From contig OY970212.1 in the NCBI GenBank assembly GCA_963713925.1, positions 608,001-672,000 on the forward strand: a DNA stretch of 64,000 nt, written 5' to 3'. The stretch is from an uncultured bacterium (GTDB taxonomy: Bacteria > Babelota > Babeliae > Babelales > Vermiphilaceae). A program made the position numbers and the translations under genes. Shown piece by piece: positions 8,750-18,667 of this stretch. Within the stretch, counting starts at the first letter, position 1, and every line of letters starts with the position of its first letter. The notes beneath the pieces were generated by a model that saw nothing but the letters and a program-made list of their open reading frames with translations, had not been told where the DNA came from and made no database searches.

Positions 8750-9034
8750 ATGAAGTTACATTTCTTTTTATTATCTATGATCACCGTTCTTACTGTATCT
8801 ACGGGGTTACATGCTTTTGATATTGTTGGAAGCGCAGTTGAAGGCGCAGGGGATATAGTAAGTGATGTTGGTCGCGGTGTTAGTAACGTTGGTGGCGCTA
8901 TCGCCGATAGACCTTATTACTATGGTTATTATGACAACCATTACTATGGACGTCCTGTTGGCTATGATAGAATTTATGAAGTTCGTCCCGATCGTTATGT
9001 CGAACCGGTCTCTGTCGAAGAGATGGTGTACTAA
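8750..9034 (+). CDS. Small exported Gly/Tyr-rich protein
   Basis: TAAGGAGG RBS; signal ending GLHA; N-terminus and RBS region match 14619..14966. Confidence 0.8.
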   Translation: MKLHFFLLSMITVLTVSTGLHAFDIVGSAVEGAGDIVSDVGRGVSNVGGAIADRPYYYGYYDNHYYGRPVGYDRIYEVRPDRYVEPVSVEEMVY

Positions 9035-9090
9035 GATTGTTAGTGCCAGATATTTTATCTTCTTGATATAACAAGAGAAGATATGAATTT

Positions 9091-9118
9091 AAGGCTCCTG
9101 AAAAGGAGCCTTTTTTTT
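9091..9118 (+). terminator. Intrinsic terminator
   Basis: aaggctcctgaaaaggagcc followed by T8. Confidence 0.8.
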
Positions 9119-9249
9119 GTCGGTAAGATTTATCATAAAATAGTCTTCGAGAAAGTGCGCTTCTATGCGCTCTCATGGACAAAATCAGTGTGAGGAGTAA
9201 TATAAAAAGAGAATTTTCTTTTATCAGACCACATTTTTCAGGGGTTTTT

Positions 9250-9921
9250 ATGAAAAAACTATTGGTAAGTCTGTTATCTTTTGCAACCGCTGTATGCTTT
9301 GGAGAGGTAACGGTTGTTAATTATGATCCGGGTCACAAAGACGCCGTGATGGAGATGTGTCTTCAAGATTCAAAGCAGCTTGTTTGTGGAAGCGCAGTGG
9401 TCGACATGGGGCTTGCGACAACGGAGCAATTTAATGAAGAAGCCAAAAAAGTAATGGAAGCAGTTTTGGCTGATCCAAACAAAATAAAGTGGGTTGTTAT
9501 CGATTCAGGAAAAGTAATCGGGTTTGTTGAATTTTTTATGACAAAAGAGCAAAGCGTTGAGTCGATACTCAAACAAGTAAAAGCTCAATTTCCTCAATTA
9601 ACTACTGAACAAGAGTCACAAATAGCAGCCGGTTTCTCATACTTGAAAAAGACCGATGCTGAATGTGATCTTATTGGAAAGATTGAAAGCATTGTCGTTT
9701 CAAAAGATTTCAGGCGTCGTGGACACGCACGCATGCTCATTAAAAAAGCCATTGAGCGTATCAAGCAGGCTTTTCCTGAAATTAAATGGGTGGGACTTGA
9801 TGTCAATGCGGCCAATGAAGGAGCAAGAAAGCTGTATGAATCTGAAGGATTTACACAATCTGCAGTTCAACCACAGCATTTGGTTATGATGCAAGTAGTT
9901 CAATACGAAAAAGCTCTATAG
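9250..9921 (+). CDS. GNAT N-acetyltransferase with signal peptide
   Basis: IVVSKDFRRRGHARMLI, LDVNAANEGARKLYESEGF; ends VQYEKAL like its paralogue at 3289. Confidence 0.85.
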   Translation: MKKLLVSLLSFATAVCFGEVTVVNYDPGHKDAVMEMCLQDSKQLVCGSAVVDMGLATTEQFNEEAKKVMEAVLADPNKIKWVVIDSGKVIGFVEFFMTKEQSVESILKQVKAQFPQLTTEQESQIAAGFSYLKKTDAECDLIGKIESIVVSKDFRRRGHARMLIKKAIERIKQAFPEIKWVGLDVNAANEGARKLYESEGFTQSAVQPQHLVMMQVVQYEKAL

Positions 9922-9940
9922 ATTCATTTTTATAATCGAT

Positions 9941-9970
9941 AAAAAGACCGCTTTAAAAGGCGGTCTTTTT
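9941..9970. terminator. Bidirectional terminator
   Basis: aaaaagaccgctttaaaaggcggtcttttt. Confidence 0.8.
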
Positions 9971-10166
9971 ATTAGGATAATTTCTTTTCATCCATGAGCT
10001 AAAGGTAAGACTTTTTCTGACCTTCAGCTTTCGAAATGAGAAAATTCGTAATTTTTCGCTAAAACAGTAGCTCGTCATTAACCCATTTTCGTGCAAATGC
10101 TTTGTGCAGCGCGAAAGTTCATGCTAGTATTGCCTCTAAATATCATTTTTTTCAGAAGGAGTATTT

Positions 10167-10862
10167 ATGAAGCGATTATTACTTGCCGGGCTGTTGTGCA
10201 TCGTGTCGGCCCAAGCGGCGCATCATATGCAATCAGAAGAAGCCAAAAGGTTGGAAGCCGATTACAAAAAGGAGAGTGAACAGAATGAAATCATATGGAA
10301 AGACCATTGGGAATCGATCGAGCGGGACGCTCTTCGCTTTGTTTTCCAATCGGCCGACAAGATCGAAAAAGAACGGTATGAATCAATGGCTCGGTGCGCC
10401 CGATTTTTGAAGGTTCATCATAACTATTATACCTACCGAGATCGCATCAATCAGGTAACTCAAGGAATACCTGAAAATGAGCTTGATACCGTAAAAACAA
10501 AAGGATTTGGACATCCATTATGTCAAAGAATTGAAAAAGAGTGTGATGATGCATGTAAAGAGCAACTGGTTCGCGACGCACGTTCAGTAATGAAAATGGT
10601 AAAGCTTAAAGCGACATGGTCATACTGGGGATATGGCTGGTCGCCACAATGGGGATATTACGATGTTGATCAAAAATTGATTGCAGATCAATCAATCGTC
10701 TCGGACGAAATGTATCCCGAGAGTGCCACGATTCCTGAGCCTGACATTGCAAAAAAGGCCGCTGCCATTTTGGCATGTCAAAAATGCGTTGAACATGGCA
10801 ACTTGGATTATAAATCGAAACAGAAATTTGATGAGCGATTTTTCGGAAAAAAGAGCTCGTAA
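10167..10862 (+). CDS. Exported hypothetical protein
   Basis: AAGGAG RBS; signal ending AQA; helical, several Cys. Confidence 0.8.
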   Translation: MKRLLLAGLLCIVSAQAAHHMQSEEAKRLEADYKKESEQNEIIWKDHWESIERDALRFVFQSADKIEKERYESMARCARFLKVHHNYYTYRDRINQVTQGIPENELDTVKTKGFGHPLCQRIEKECDDACKEQLVRDARSVMKMVKLKATWSYWGYGWSPQWGYYDVDQKLIADQSIVSDEMYPESATIPEPDIAKKAAAILACQKCVEHGNLDYKSKQKFDERFFGKKSS

Positions 10863-11035
10863 TAATAAATGGTCGATTTTAGGTTATCGCTCATGAAATG
10901 AGTTGACCTCTTTTAACGTTTCAAAGAGAACCGCTTTGCAAGAAATTATGCTTGTAAAGCGGTTCTCTTTTTGACAAAAAAATGTCTACATGTAACAATG
11001 ATTATTCGGAATTATTACTGTGAAGGGGCATTCTT

Positions 11036-12745
11036 ATGTTCAAAAAAGTTTTTTTCTTATCTTTCATGACAGTTGGTGTCCTCATGGGCCAACAAGCGGC
11101 CGTTGAAGATTACAGCACTGGGCGATCAAAAATAGTCACCATTATGTCAGACGATCGCATGGGGGTTTCCGCATATAATAGGGACCATGTGAAAGTTGCC
11201 GAAACACAAAACCTAGCGGCTGATCTTAATGCGACTGAAATTGCTCGTTTTTTTGGGTGTCAGATGGTGATGGGAGAGACTCATTTAATCGAAACGTTAC
11301 AACATTTGGTGAGCAAATTTGATGATGAAGCAGTGTTATCTCGACGAACCGCAATCATACACGCGTTGAAAGAAGATCCGAAATTCAGAAAAGCCGTTAA
11401 AGAATTGCTCGAAATTGCCAAAGAGGCCGAGCCGGATGTTATCGTGCTTATGTCGGATATTTTCAAGGGCAGAACATGTCCTGAATTGGCGGGTCTTGAG
11501 CTTCTCAAGCAACAAAATCCTGCATTGTATCCGGTTATTAATTTTTTTCATTCCAATTCAACGGCAAGGACTGCCGGAACAATTTGGAATCTGGCATCAT
11601 GGGGACTCCTTGCATTTGCAACGCAATTTTTTGCTCGACAAGCATATACACTTGCTCGGGCTGGGATTGATTATTCTGAAGCAGTAAAAGGAACACTCTA
11701 TACCGGCGTGGCAGCTGCCCTTTCTTCTTATGGCAACTATAAAGACTACACGAGCGCAGCTGAAAAACGTCGTAAATTGCATGCGCTTAATCGCATGGTG
11801 TATGCCGCTGAAAAAATTGAAGCTTTGTATGATGAGTATGGGCTTAAAAGCCAATTTAAAGTGAGTGCCATTGAAGGCACAGGCAAAACGATTATTAAAA
11901 AATTGAAACATCCTCGTTATGAGCATAAGAGAACCTACGTTTTCATGTTGCCATCAGTACACACGTTTCTCTACGAGCTGTATCAAAATGAGGCACATTT
12001 AGCTCAGCTTTTTGCATGCATTGCGGAAATGGATGCTTATTATTCTATTGCACAAAAGATGGTTGATTCAGAAGGAACTGCAAATCCATTCTGCTTTGTG
12101 AAGTTCACTGCTGATGAAAAAGCTGGAATTGTTTCTGAAGGATTCTGGAATGTCTTGGTTAAAAATGCGGTTCCGAGTAACGTCGATGAATCCAAGCACA
12201 TTATCTTGACCGGGCCGAATGCCGGAGGAAAAACGACAACCATTCGCGCGCTTTTGCAAAACATCATGCTTGCCCAAACATTTGGTATTGCTGCAGCGCA
12301 ATCATGCACGATGCCGATGTTTGATATAGTGCATTCATACTTGAATATTTCTGATGATATTTTAGCAGGTAAATCTTTGTTTGCATCAGAAGTCAAACGT
12401 GCTCAAGACGTGTTGTTGCGTATTAAAGAGCTTGCGCCAGGAGAGCGTTATTTCTTCGCACTTGATGAATTGTTCACCGGAACTGCGGCTGAAGCCGGAG
12501 AAGAATGTGCCTATGAGTTTATCAAACGCATTTCGGAATTCCCGGGTGTCCAATTTATTTATGCGACACACTTTAATAAGTTAAAAGAACTTGGCAATGA
12601 AAGCATCATGTGTGCGAACTATAAAGTCGATGCTCCGATCAAAAATGAAGAAGGCAAGCTTGTCTATCCATTTACTTTGAGCAAGGGAGCTAATGAGGTG
12701 AACGTTGCTTTGGATTTAGCAAAAGAAGCAGAATTGTTTGCATAA
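11036..12745 (+). CDS. MutS-related ATPase (domain V, no mismatch-binding domain) with signal peptide and hydrophobic segments
   Basis: ILTGPNAGGKTT, SLFASEV, FALDELFTGT, YATHF. Confidence 0.85.
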   Translation: MFKKVFFLSFMTVGVLMGQQAAVEDYSTGRSKIVTIMSDDRMGVSAYNRDHVKVAETQNLAADLNATEIARFFGCQMVMGETHLIETLQHLVSKFDDEAVLSRRTAIIHALKEDPKFRKAVKELLEIAKEAEPDVIVLMSDIFKGRTCPELAGLELLKQQNPALYPVINFFHSNSTARTAGTIWNLASWGLLAFATQFFARQAYTLARAGIDYSEAVKGTLYTGVAAALSSYGNYKDYTSAAEKRRKLHALNRMVYAAEKIEALYDEYGLKSQFKVSAIEGTGKTIIKKLKHPRYEHKRTYVFMLPSVHTFLYELYQNEAHLAQLFACIAEMDAYYSIAQKMVDSEGTANPFCFVKFTADEKAGIVSEGFWNVLVKNAVPSNVDESKHIILTGPNAGGKTTTIRALLQNIMLAQTFGIAAAQSCTMPMFDIVHSYLNISDDILAGKSLFASEVKRAQDVLLRIKELAPGERYFFALDELFTGTAAEAGEECAYEFIKRISEFPGVQFIYATHFNKLKELGNESIMCANYKVDAPIKNEEGKLVYPFTLSKGANEVNVALDLAKEAELFA

Positions 12746-12769
12746 TAAATTGTTGTAAAAAATGATTTC

Positions 12770-12798
12770 AAAAAGGTCGCTTAATCGCGGCCTTTTTT
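12770..12798 (+). terminator. Intrinsic terminator
   Basis: aaaaaggtcgcttaatcgcggcctttttt. Confidence 0.75.
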
Positions 12799-12888
12799 GT
12801 TCAAATATTCTCAAAAACCGATATTGACATTAAAAATCATTGCGGGCGAAAAGCAGTTCATGAGACTCTGAATTTGGAAATGTAGTTC

Positions 12889-12962
12889 GGGGCCTCCGCC
12901 GAAGTTTACGTGGATGGGGTAAAAAAAAGGGTTCCCCGAGTGAATTTATGCGCTTGGGTTTA
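12889..12962 (+). repeat. Two tandem family-A palindromes directly before an RBS
   Basis: ggggcctccgcc...ggatggggtaaa and gggttccccgagtg...cgcttgggttta. Confidence 0.65.
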
Positions 12963-12975
12963 AAAGGGATGATGT

Positions 12976-13518
12976 ATGCACAAGAAACGAATTTCGGTTT
13001 ACGAAGCTTATCAATTGATTGAACCGGGTCCGGTGGTAATGGTCAGCACAGCACATGGAGATGAAAAAAATATCATGACCATGGCCTGGCATATGGTCAT
13101 TGAATTTAAGCCGCCGATGATGGCTTTTATGTTAAGCAATCAAAACCATTCATTCGAGCTTTTGAAAAAAAGCGGAGAATGTGTTTTGAATATCCCCGAT
13201 GTTGAGCTGGCGCATACGGTTGTCAGAGTTGGTAATTGCACTGGAGCCAAGATTGATAAATTTAAAAAATTTGGGCTCACCGCAACTCTAGCGGCCAAAG
13301 TGAAAGCACCATTAATCGCAGAATGTTATGCCAATATTGAGTGTAAAGTGATTGATACGCAGCTGGTTAATACCTATAACATATTTATTGTTAAAGTGGT
13401 TGCCGCATGGAAGGCAAAGGCAAAAAAACAGTTTCGCATGATGCACCATCGAGGAAGAGGAGTCTTTGTAATCGACGGTAAAATTATACGCATTCCATCA
13501 AAAAAAACGGGTAGCTGA
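12976..13518 (+). CDS. Flavin reductase-like (DIM6/NTAB) protein
   Basis: LIEPGPVVMVST, NIMTMAWH, GECVLNIP, APLIAECYANIECKV. Confidence 0.85.
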   Translation: MHKKRISVYEAYQLIEPGPVVMVSTAHGDEKNIMTMAWHMVIEFKPPMMAFMLSNQNHSFELLKKSGECVLNIPDVELAHTVVRVGNCTGAKIDKFKKFGLTATLAAKVKAPLIAECYANIECKVIDTQLVNTYNIFIVKVVAAWKAKAKKQFRMMHHRGRGVFVIDGKIIRIPSKKTGS

Positions 13519-13584
13519 ATTTGTGTATATCTCTTCTTGTGCAAAACACCCTGAATGCAGGGTAAATGAGGGTAGTTCGATATA

Positions 13585-13620
13585 TTGACTTTTCAATGCT
13601 CGATTTGTTACTATTTGAAT
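13585..13620 (+). promoter_or_regulatory. Promoter shared with 8675..8710
   Basis: ttgacttttcaatgctcgatttgttactatttgaat. Confidence 0.7.
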
Positions 13621-13696
13621 ATAATAGCAGGTGATTATAACCTGTTTTTAACTATGAATATGAAAATAGGTGACCTAGTATTTAGGAGGTAGTTGT

Positions 13697-13942
13697 ATGA
13701 AGTCATTATTAAAAATTGTATCACTTTTGAGCATGTTGGCCGTTTTAACTATTGCAGTTTCTCTTGAGGCAGCACAACCAAAACCGGTAGTGCAAACCCC
13801 AACGCCACCAGTTACCCCAAATCAAACCGGCAACAAACCCGTCACGCCGGGTAGTCGTTTCACGAAAGAAGAGAACCCACATGCCTCGATCTTCGCTGCA
13901 TCGTCAATTCAATCCGCAGGGTCAACTTCATCTAACGAGTAA
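13697..13942 (+). CDS. Small exported Pro/Thr/Ser-rich protein
   Basis: AGGAGG RBS; signal ending LEA. Confidence 0.75.
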   Translation: MKSLLKIVSLLSMLAVLTIAVSLEAAQPKPVVQTPTPPVTPNQTGNKPVTPGSRFTKEENPHASIFAASSIQSAGSTSSNE

Positions 13943-13969
13943 ATGACTACACATTCAAATTAAAGAGAG

Positions 13970-14251
13970 ATGTTCATGAGGATACGTTATCTTTTATTTA
14001 CTTGCTTAAGCATTATGATGTCGGGCCGCATTTTTGCTGCTCCGCTTAATCTTAATCGCGATGAAAAGATGGCATTAATAGAAAATATGAGAAGGCAATA
14101 TCCTAATGATTATGCAAAGCAGAATGAGATTATCAAAACCTTAGGTATTACGCCTGATGATTTGAATTATTACGATGGAACACACAAATCTCGGAATAAC
14201 ATTTCCGGGAAAGGTGTTAGTATCCCGTGGGACACGATAAATTGGCAGTAA
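13970..14251 (+). CDS. Small exported protein
   Basis: Signal ending IFA; lies within a four-gene run. Confidence 0.7.
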   Translation: MFMRIRYLLFTCLSIMMSGRIFAAPLNLNRDEKMALIENMRRQYPNDYAKQNEIIKTLGITPDDLNYYDGTHKSRNNISGKGVSIPWDTINWQ

Positions 14252-14304
14252 AAGTTTTTTTTAATCCGCCGTTAGAACTATGGCGGTGCCAGGGAGGTTA
14301 TATC

Positions 14305-14547
14305 ATGAAAAAGTATATTATTTTTAGTTTAGTTGTATTATCTTCCGCTCTTCGCGCTACAACTCCTGATGCAATAAAGCAAGGATTGACCGGCACTCAA
14401 CCTCAGCAGCAGACACCAATTACTCAGAGTGGCGGGCAACCGGTACATCCGATTTCGGGAGCAAGGATGATGGCTACGATAATGCCTCCGTCAGTTATGT
14501 CTCAAACACCAAATCAGGGGACTGTGAATAATCGGGCTGATGAATAA
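14305..14547 (+). CDS. Small exported Gln/Pro/Thr-rich protein
   Basis: GGAGG RBS before ATG 14305; signal ending LRA. Confidence 0.75.
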   Translation: MKKYIIFSLVVLSSALRATTPDAIKQGLTGTQPQQQTPITQSGGQPVHPISGARMMATIMPPSVMSQTPNQGTVNNRADE

Positions 14548-14618
14548 ATAAAAACTTGAATTCTGTCTGAATAAAAAATTTTATTGTATTTTCGTAACAT
14601 TTATTTAAGGAGGTTTCT

Positions 14619-14966
14619 ATGAAGTTACGTTTATTATCACTTATTGCTGTAGTTGCAATGACAACTGGATTGAATGCCATTGTTGGTGACGTCTTAAGAA
14701 TGCCCGGTCGAGCAGCTGCCGGAGTTACCAGTGGTCTAACAGGTCGTGGTTATTACCGTGGCGGTGATCGCTTTGCGGGAGAAGAAATGCATAACCGACC
14801 ATTGGAAAAAGTATCTGCAGGTACGTATGAAGAGCCTGGTCAGCTTTATGCCCCGGTGGAATTGGGTAACGAGTTAAGCGTTAACCCACAGACTGGGTCG
14901 TATCACCACTTCTTAAATGAAGGTGCAGAGCCTCGCTTTGGTAATTTCTTGACACCTAGATATTAA
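14619..14966 (+). CDS. Small exported Gly-rich protein related to 8750..9034
   Basis: ttaaggaggtttctatgaagttac versus ttaaggaggtttttatgaagttac; signal ending GLNA. Confidence 0.8.
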   Translation: MKLRLLSLIAVVAMTTGLNAIVGDVLRMPGRAAAGVTSGLTGRGYYRGGDRFAGEEMHNRPLEKVSAGTYEEPGQLYAPVELGNELSVNPQTGSYHHFLNEGAEPRFGNFLTPRY

Positions 14967-14986
14967 TTTCTAGAATAAAGAAAAAG

Positions 14987-15021
14987 AAAAAGGAAGGGAT
15001 TTTAAGTCCCTTCCTTTTTTT
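14987..15021 (+). terminator. Intrinsic terminator
   Basis: aaaaaggaagggattttaagtcccttccttttttt. Confidence 0.8.
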
Positions 15022-15153
15022 GTTGCAAACGCAAGATGTAGGGCGATTTGTCATGGTGCGAGCAATCCAGTAGTATTTGACTATTTTTTCGCGCTGTTAT
15101 AGTATAGCGGCGGTTATGAGAGCTTTTAAAAAACCTTTTAGAAAGGATACTGG

Positions 15154-15657
15154 ATGTCATCTTCATTTAAAGCTGCCGTACTGAGCATTGCGCTACTCGT
15201 TAGTGTTCCCGCTTCAGCAATTGGGTTGCCAAAATTAAATGTGCGTAATGCACTCAAAGGCGGATTTGTTGCTCTTGTCGGAGCCGGCGCCATTGTGTAT
15301 TATTTCAAAACACAAAAAACAGAATCAGAAATTGCAGAAAAAAAATCAGTCCGCATGGATGAAGTCGACCCATTGGCTCAAACAATGGAAATGGTAAACG
15401 ATGTCATCGGTCAAGATGGTAAAGATGATAAATTGGATTATGTAGACAAAGCGACCGGTGCTATTATTAAAGAAAAAACCCCCGCTACCGGGTTTGGCGC
15501 AGTAAAAAAATTTGTAACCAAGAAAGTGATGCCTGTAGCAACTTCTTTGTATGTTCTCAACAAAATGCGTACAGAATTTGTTGATGGTATGAAATTCTTT
15601 GGAATTAATCTTGATTCATGGATTCCTGAAATTCCAAACATGAGTAAGCTTAACTAA
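15154..15657 (+). CDS. Exported or membrane-anchored hypothetical protein
   Basis: AAAGGA RBS; signal ending ASA; second hydrophobic segment. Confidence 0.75.
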   Translation: MSSSFKAAVLSIALLVSVPASAIGLPKLNVRNALKGGFVALVGAGAIVYYFKTQKTESEIAEKKSVRMDEVDPLAQTMEMVNDVIGQDGKDDKLDYVDKATGAIIKEKTPATGFGAVKKFVTKKVMPVATSLYVLNKMRTEFVDGMKFFGINLDSWIPEIPNMSKLN

Positions 15658-15715
15658 TTTGACTCATACGTTAGAAATGAAAGAGAGCGAACTTTTTAAG
15701 TCCGCTCTCTTTTAC

Positions 15716-15752
15716 TTTACCCCAATTTCGCTTTGCTCTGATTGGGGGCCCC
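15716..15752 (-). repeat. Family-A palindrome next to a bidirectional terminator (15680..15713)
   Basis: Reverse complement ggggcccccaatcagagcaaagcgaaattggggtaaa. Confidence 0.75.
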
Positions 15753-15832
15753 AAACGAAGCGAAAGCGTAATTTTGATTAATATGCCAATAAATGTTTCA
15801 AAGAAACACGACTTTCAAGTCAGGGAAAGCTT

Positions 15833-17569
15833 TTATCGTGAATGAGACACTAAAACAGACGCCGTTTTTTCTACATGTTGAGGCTGCAAGGTATTTCGCT
15901 CTTGTGCGTAGCGATGCGCGGCTGTCACAAATCCATAAAATAATGGGCTTGGATTGCCGAGTCTGCTCATAAATTCCGGGTGCGCTTGCGTCGTCACAAA
16001 AAATCTATGCCATGGCAGTTCAAAGAATTCCATCAAGCGTTTGCCGTCGGCGCGTGTGGTAAATCCGGAAAACAATGCCCCACAGGCTTCAATTTGAGCA
16101 ACATAGTCGGGATTGACTTCATAGCGATGTCTATGCCGCTCCACGACCGTTGGTAACGAGCCATCGGACGAAAGCGCAATTCGTCCCGCTGCTCGATATA
16201 AATCAAACACCTTTGATTCAGGAATCACCGATGCTTTATAATCCCCAAGCCGCATGGTCGCGCCCATATTTCCTTCGCTCATATGCTGCATCTGCTCAGG
16301 CAATAAGGTGATCACCGGATATTTGGTGTTCGCTTCAACTTCCGTTGTATGCGCGCCAGCCATAAAGCAGACATTGCGTGCAAATTCAACAACTGCCAAC
16401 TGCAGGCCATAACATAAGCCGAGCAGTGGAATATTCTTTTTGCGTGCATATGCAAGGGCCATAATCTTGCCTTCAACACCCGCATTGCCAAATCCACCCG
16501 GCACGATGATACCATCATACATTCCTAACGAATCAACTGAAGCCGGATCTTTCTCAAAATCAGTGGCATTAATCCAGGCAATGGCAACTTTGACATCATG
16601 TTGCGCGCCTGCATGCACGATGGATTGATAAATACTCACATAGCTATCAATCAAACTGTAATCGCCGACTTCCAAATATTTCCCGACAATCGCGATTTGT
16701 ATAGAGCGTGTTGGCTCTTTAATGCGATCAACGAGCATTTGCCAGAGATTCCATTCAGGATCTTTGTGGCGCTTGAGTTTAAAATGATCAAGGATTTTTT
16801 CTCCCAAACGCTCTTTCTCAAGGTTGAGTGGCATTTCATAGATAGTGCCTAAGTCAGGCGCCGAGATGATGCGATTTGACGAGATATTGGCAAACACCTC
16901 AATTTTCTTTTTCCTGACATGATCAAGCGGATCTTTTGAGCGACAGATAATAAAATCAGGATAAATGCCTTCTTGGGCCAACATGCGAATGGCTTGTTGC
17001 GTCGGCTTTGTTTTCATTTCTTGAATATGCGATGGCACCGGCAAATAGGTCACTAACACATGAGCCACCATGTCAGAGCCAAATTCTCGCTCGAGCGCCT
17101 TGATGGCAAACAAGTAAGGAACATTTTCATAGTCGCCGACGGTGCCGCCGAGTTCGATGATTGCAATTTCATATCCGGCGGATGCATCAAGAATCCGTTG
17201 TTTGACTTCATCAATAATGTGCGGGATAAATTGCACGGTTTGACCCAAATACTGTCCACGGCGTTCGCGATCAATAACGGCTTTGTAAATTTGTCCGGTT
17301 GTTATATTATTTTTTTTCGGGATATCTTGATCAAGAAAACGCTCGTAGGTGCCTAAATCTTGATCAATCTCGCCACCATCATGCGTCACCCACACTTCTC
17401 CATGCTCAGTAGGGCGCAATGTTCCGGCATCAAAATTGATGTAAGGGTCTATCTTTATAACGGTTGTGGAAAAACCATACTCTTTAAAAATCCTTCCCAA
17501 TGATGCCGTTGTGACCCCTTTGCCTACACCTGAAATTACTCCACCGGCTACAAACACAAACCGCGTCAT
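15833..17569 (-). CDS. pyrG: CTP synthase
   Basis: GGVISGVGKG, KIDPYINFDAGT, KTKPTQ, GLCYGLQ, ERHRHRYEVN, QAHPEF. Confidence 0.98.
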   Translation of the reverse strand: MTRFVFVAGGVISGVGKGVTTASLGRIFKEYGFSTTVIKIDPYINFDAGTLRPTEHGEVWVTHDGGEIDQDLGTYERFLDQDIPKKNNITTGQIYKAVIDRERRGQYLGQTVQFIPHIIDEVKQRILDASAGYEIAIIELGGTVGDYENVPYLFAIKALEREFGSDMVAHVLVTYLPVPSHIQEMKTKPTQQAIRMLAQEGIYPDFIICRSKDPLDHVRKKKIEVFANISSNRIISAPDLGTIYEMPLNLEKERLGEKILDHFKLKRHKDPEWNLWQMLVDRIKEPTRSIQIAIVGKYLEVGDYSLIDSYVSIYQSIVHAGAQHDVKVAIAWINATDFEKDPASVDSLGMYDGIIVPGGFGNAGVEGKIMALAYARKKNIPLLGLCYGLQLAVVEFARNVCFMAGAHTTEVEANTKYPVITLLPEQMQHMSEGNMGATMRLGDYKASVIPESKVFDLYRAAGRIALSSDGSLPTVVERHRHRYEVNPDYVAQIEACGALFSGFTTRADGKRLMEFFELPWHRFFVTTQAHPEFMSRLGNPSPLFYGFVTAAHRYAQERNTLQPQHVEKTASVLVSHSR

Positions 17570-17631
17570 TGAGAACTCCTATAACCAAATAAATTTTTTA
17601 CATCGCAAAAGATTCTAACAGCTTTTTATAT

Positions 17632-17682
17632 AAAAAGAAGAATGGACCTCAAAGTCGTTCTTCAAGGTCCATTCTTCTTTTT
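17632..17682. terminator. Bidirectional terminator
   Basis: aaaaagaagaatggacct...aggtccattcttcttttt. Confidence 0.8.
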
Positions 17683-17690
17683 ATAATTTT

Positions 17691-18125
17691 TTACTTAACT
17701 ATTTTCGGTAACTTATTCAGCATGAGACTTTGAAATGCTTTTATGGCCTCATTATTTGTTTGGTATGCTTCAAATTTTCTCAAATAATCAGCATCCAGAT
17801 TATCACGTCGTATATACAACTCAAGCATCGAGTCTTTTTTTGCAATTTCTCCGTCAAACGCTTCCAAAATCCCAACAATTGAACCGGCCATAAAGGTTGC
17901 CGCTTCTTTATCACTTACGTCTAGATTCATTCCTTCCTGGAACTTTCCGTTAAAAAAAGCATACGCATCTTTATACCCTGCAGGCCTTCCCAGATCTGCC
18001 ACACGATCCAAGTTTCCTTTATGTTCTCTTAAAGTTACGGCCAACGCGCATTCTACCTCAGAAGCCCTACTTGAGAATCCCGATATTGCAATCAAACAGA
18101 TCGAGAGTAATACTATTTTTTTCAT
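17691..18125 (-). CDS. Exported hypothetical protein, paralogue of 18148..18600
   Basis: Shared MNL...EAA..MAGS and LRK...Y.TNN....FQ..M. Confidence 0.8.
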   Translation of the reverse strand: MKKIVLLSICLIAISGFSSRASEVECALAVTLREHKGNLDRVADLGRPAGYKDAYAFFNGKFQEGMNLDVSDKEAATFMAGSIVGILEAFDGEIAKKDSMLELYIRRDNLDADYLRKFEAYQTNNEAIKAFQSLMLNKLPKIVK

Positions 18126-18147
18126 TGGAACCTTTCTTTATAAAAAA

Positions 18148-18600
18148 TTATTGATCAGCATTTTGTACCAAGGGACGCATAAAATTTTGAAAGTTTATCA
18201 TGGTTGCATTGTTGGTCGGATATGAATTTAATTTTCGCAAATCATCGGATGATCCGCCAATGGCGTTTGCTATATAGGAGATAGCAGTTTTACCGGATAA
18301 TTTATTACGTTCAATTGAAGATACAATTGCATCTACCGAGCCAGCCATTGCAACAGCAGCCTCTTGTTCCGTTAAATTCATATTTGGAGACCGCATATCT
18401 TCCCAACGGTACCATTTTGCCTTAAGAAGTTTATGCGAGTCATCATAAGTTACTGCAGACTTTCCTGATACGGCGGTTAAAAGCCTTTGATATTCTTTTA
18501 ACGTGCTTACAACAACAGTCGCATTTTCCGGATTATCCGATCCGAAGGCTGCACATGAGATCAAACTCACGAGTGAGAGCATGATTTTCATTTTCTTCAT
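18148..18600 (-). CDS. Exported hypothetical protein, paralogue of 17691..18125
   Basis: AAAGGA RBS; signal ending AFG; motifs as in its neighbour. Confidence 0.8.
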   Translation of the reverse strand: MKKMKIMLSLVSLISCAAFGSDNPENATVVVSTLKEYQRLLTAVSGKSAVTYDDSHKLLKAKWYRWEDMRSPNMNLTEQEAAVAMAGSVDAIVSSIERNKLSGKTAISYIANAIGGSSDDLRKLNSYPTNNATMINFQNFMRPLVQNADQ

Positions 18601-18667
18601 ATCGTCCTTTCATAAACATTTCTCAAACCGTATCCTTCATGATGTCGTTATACTATCAAAAAAAGCT

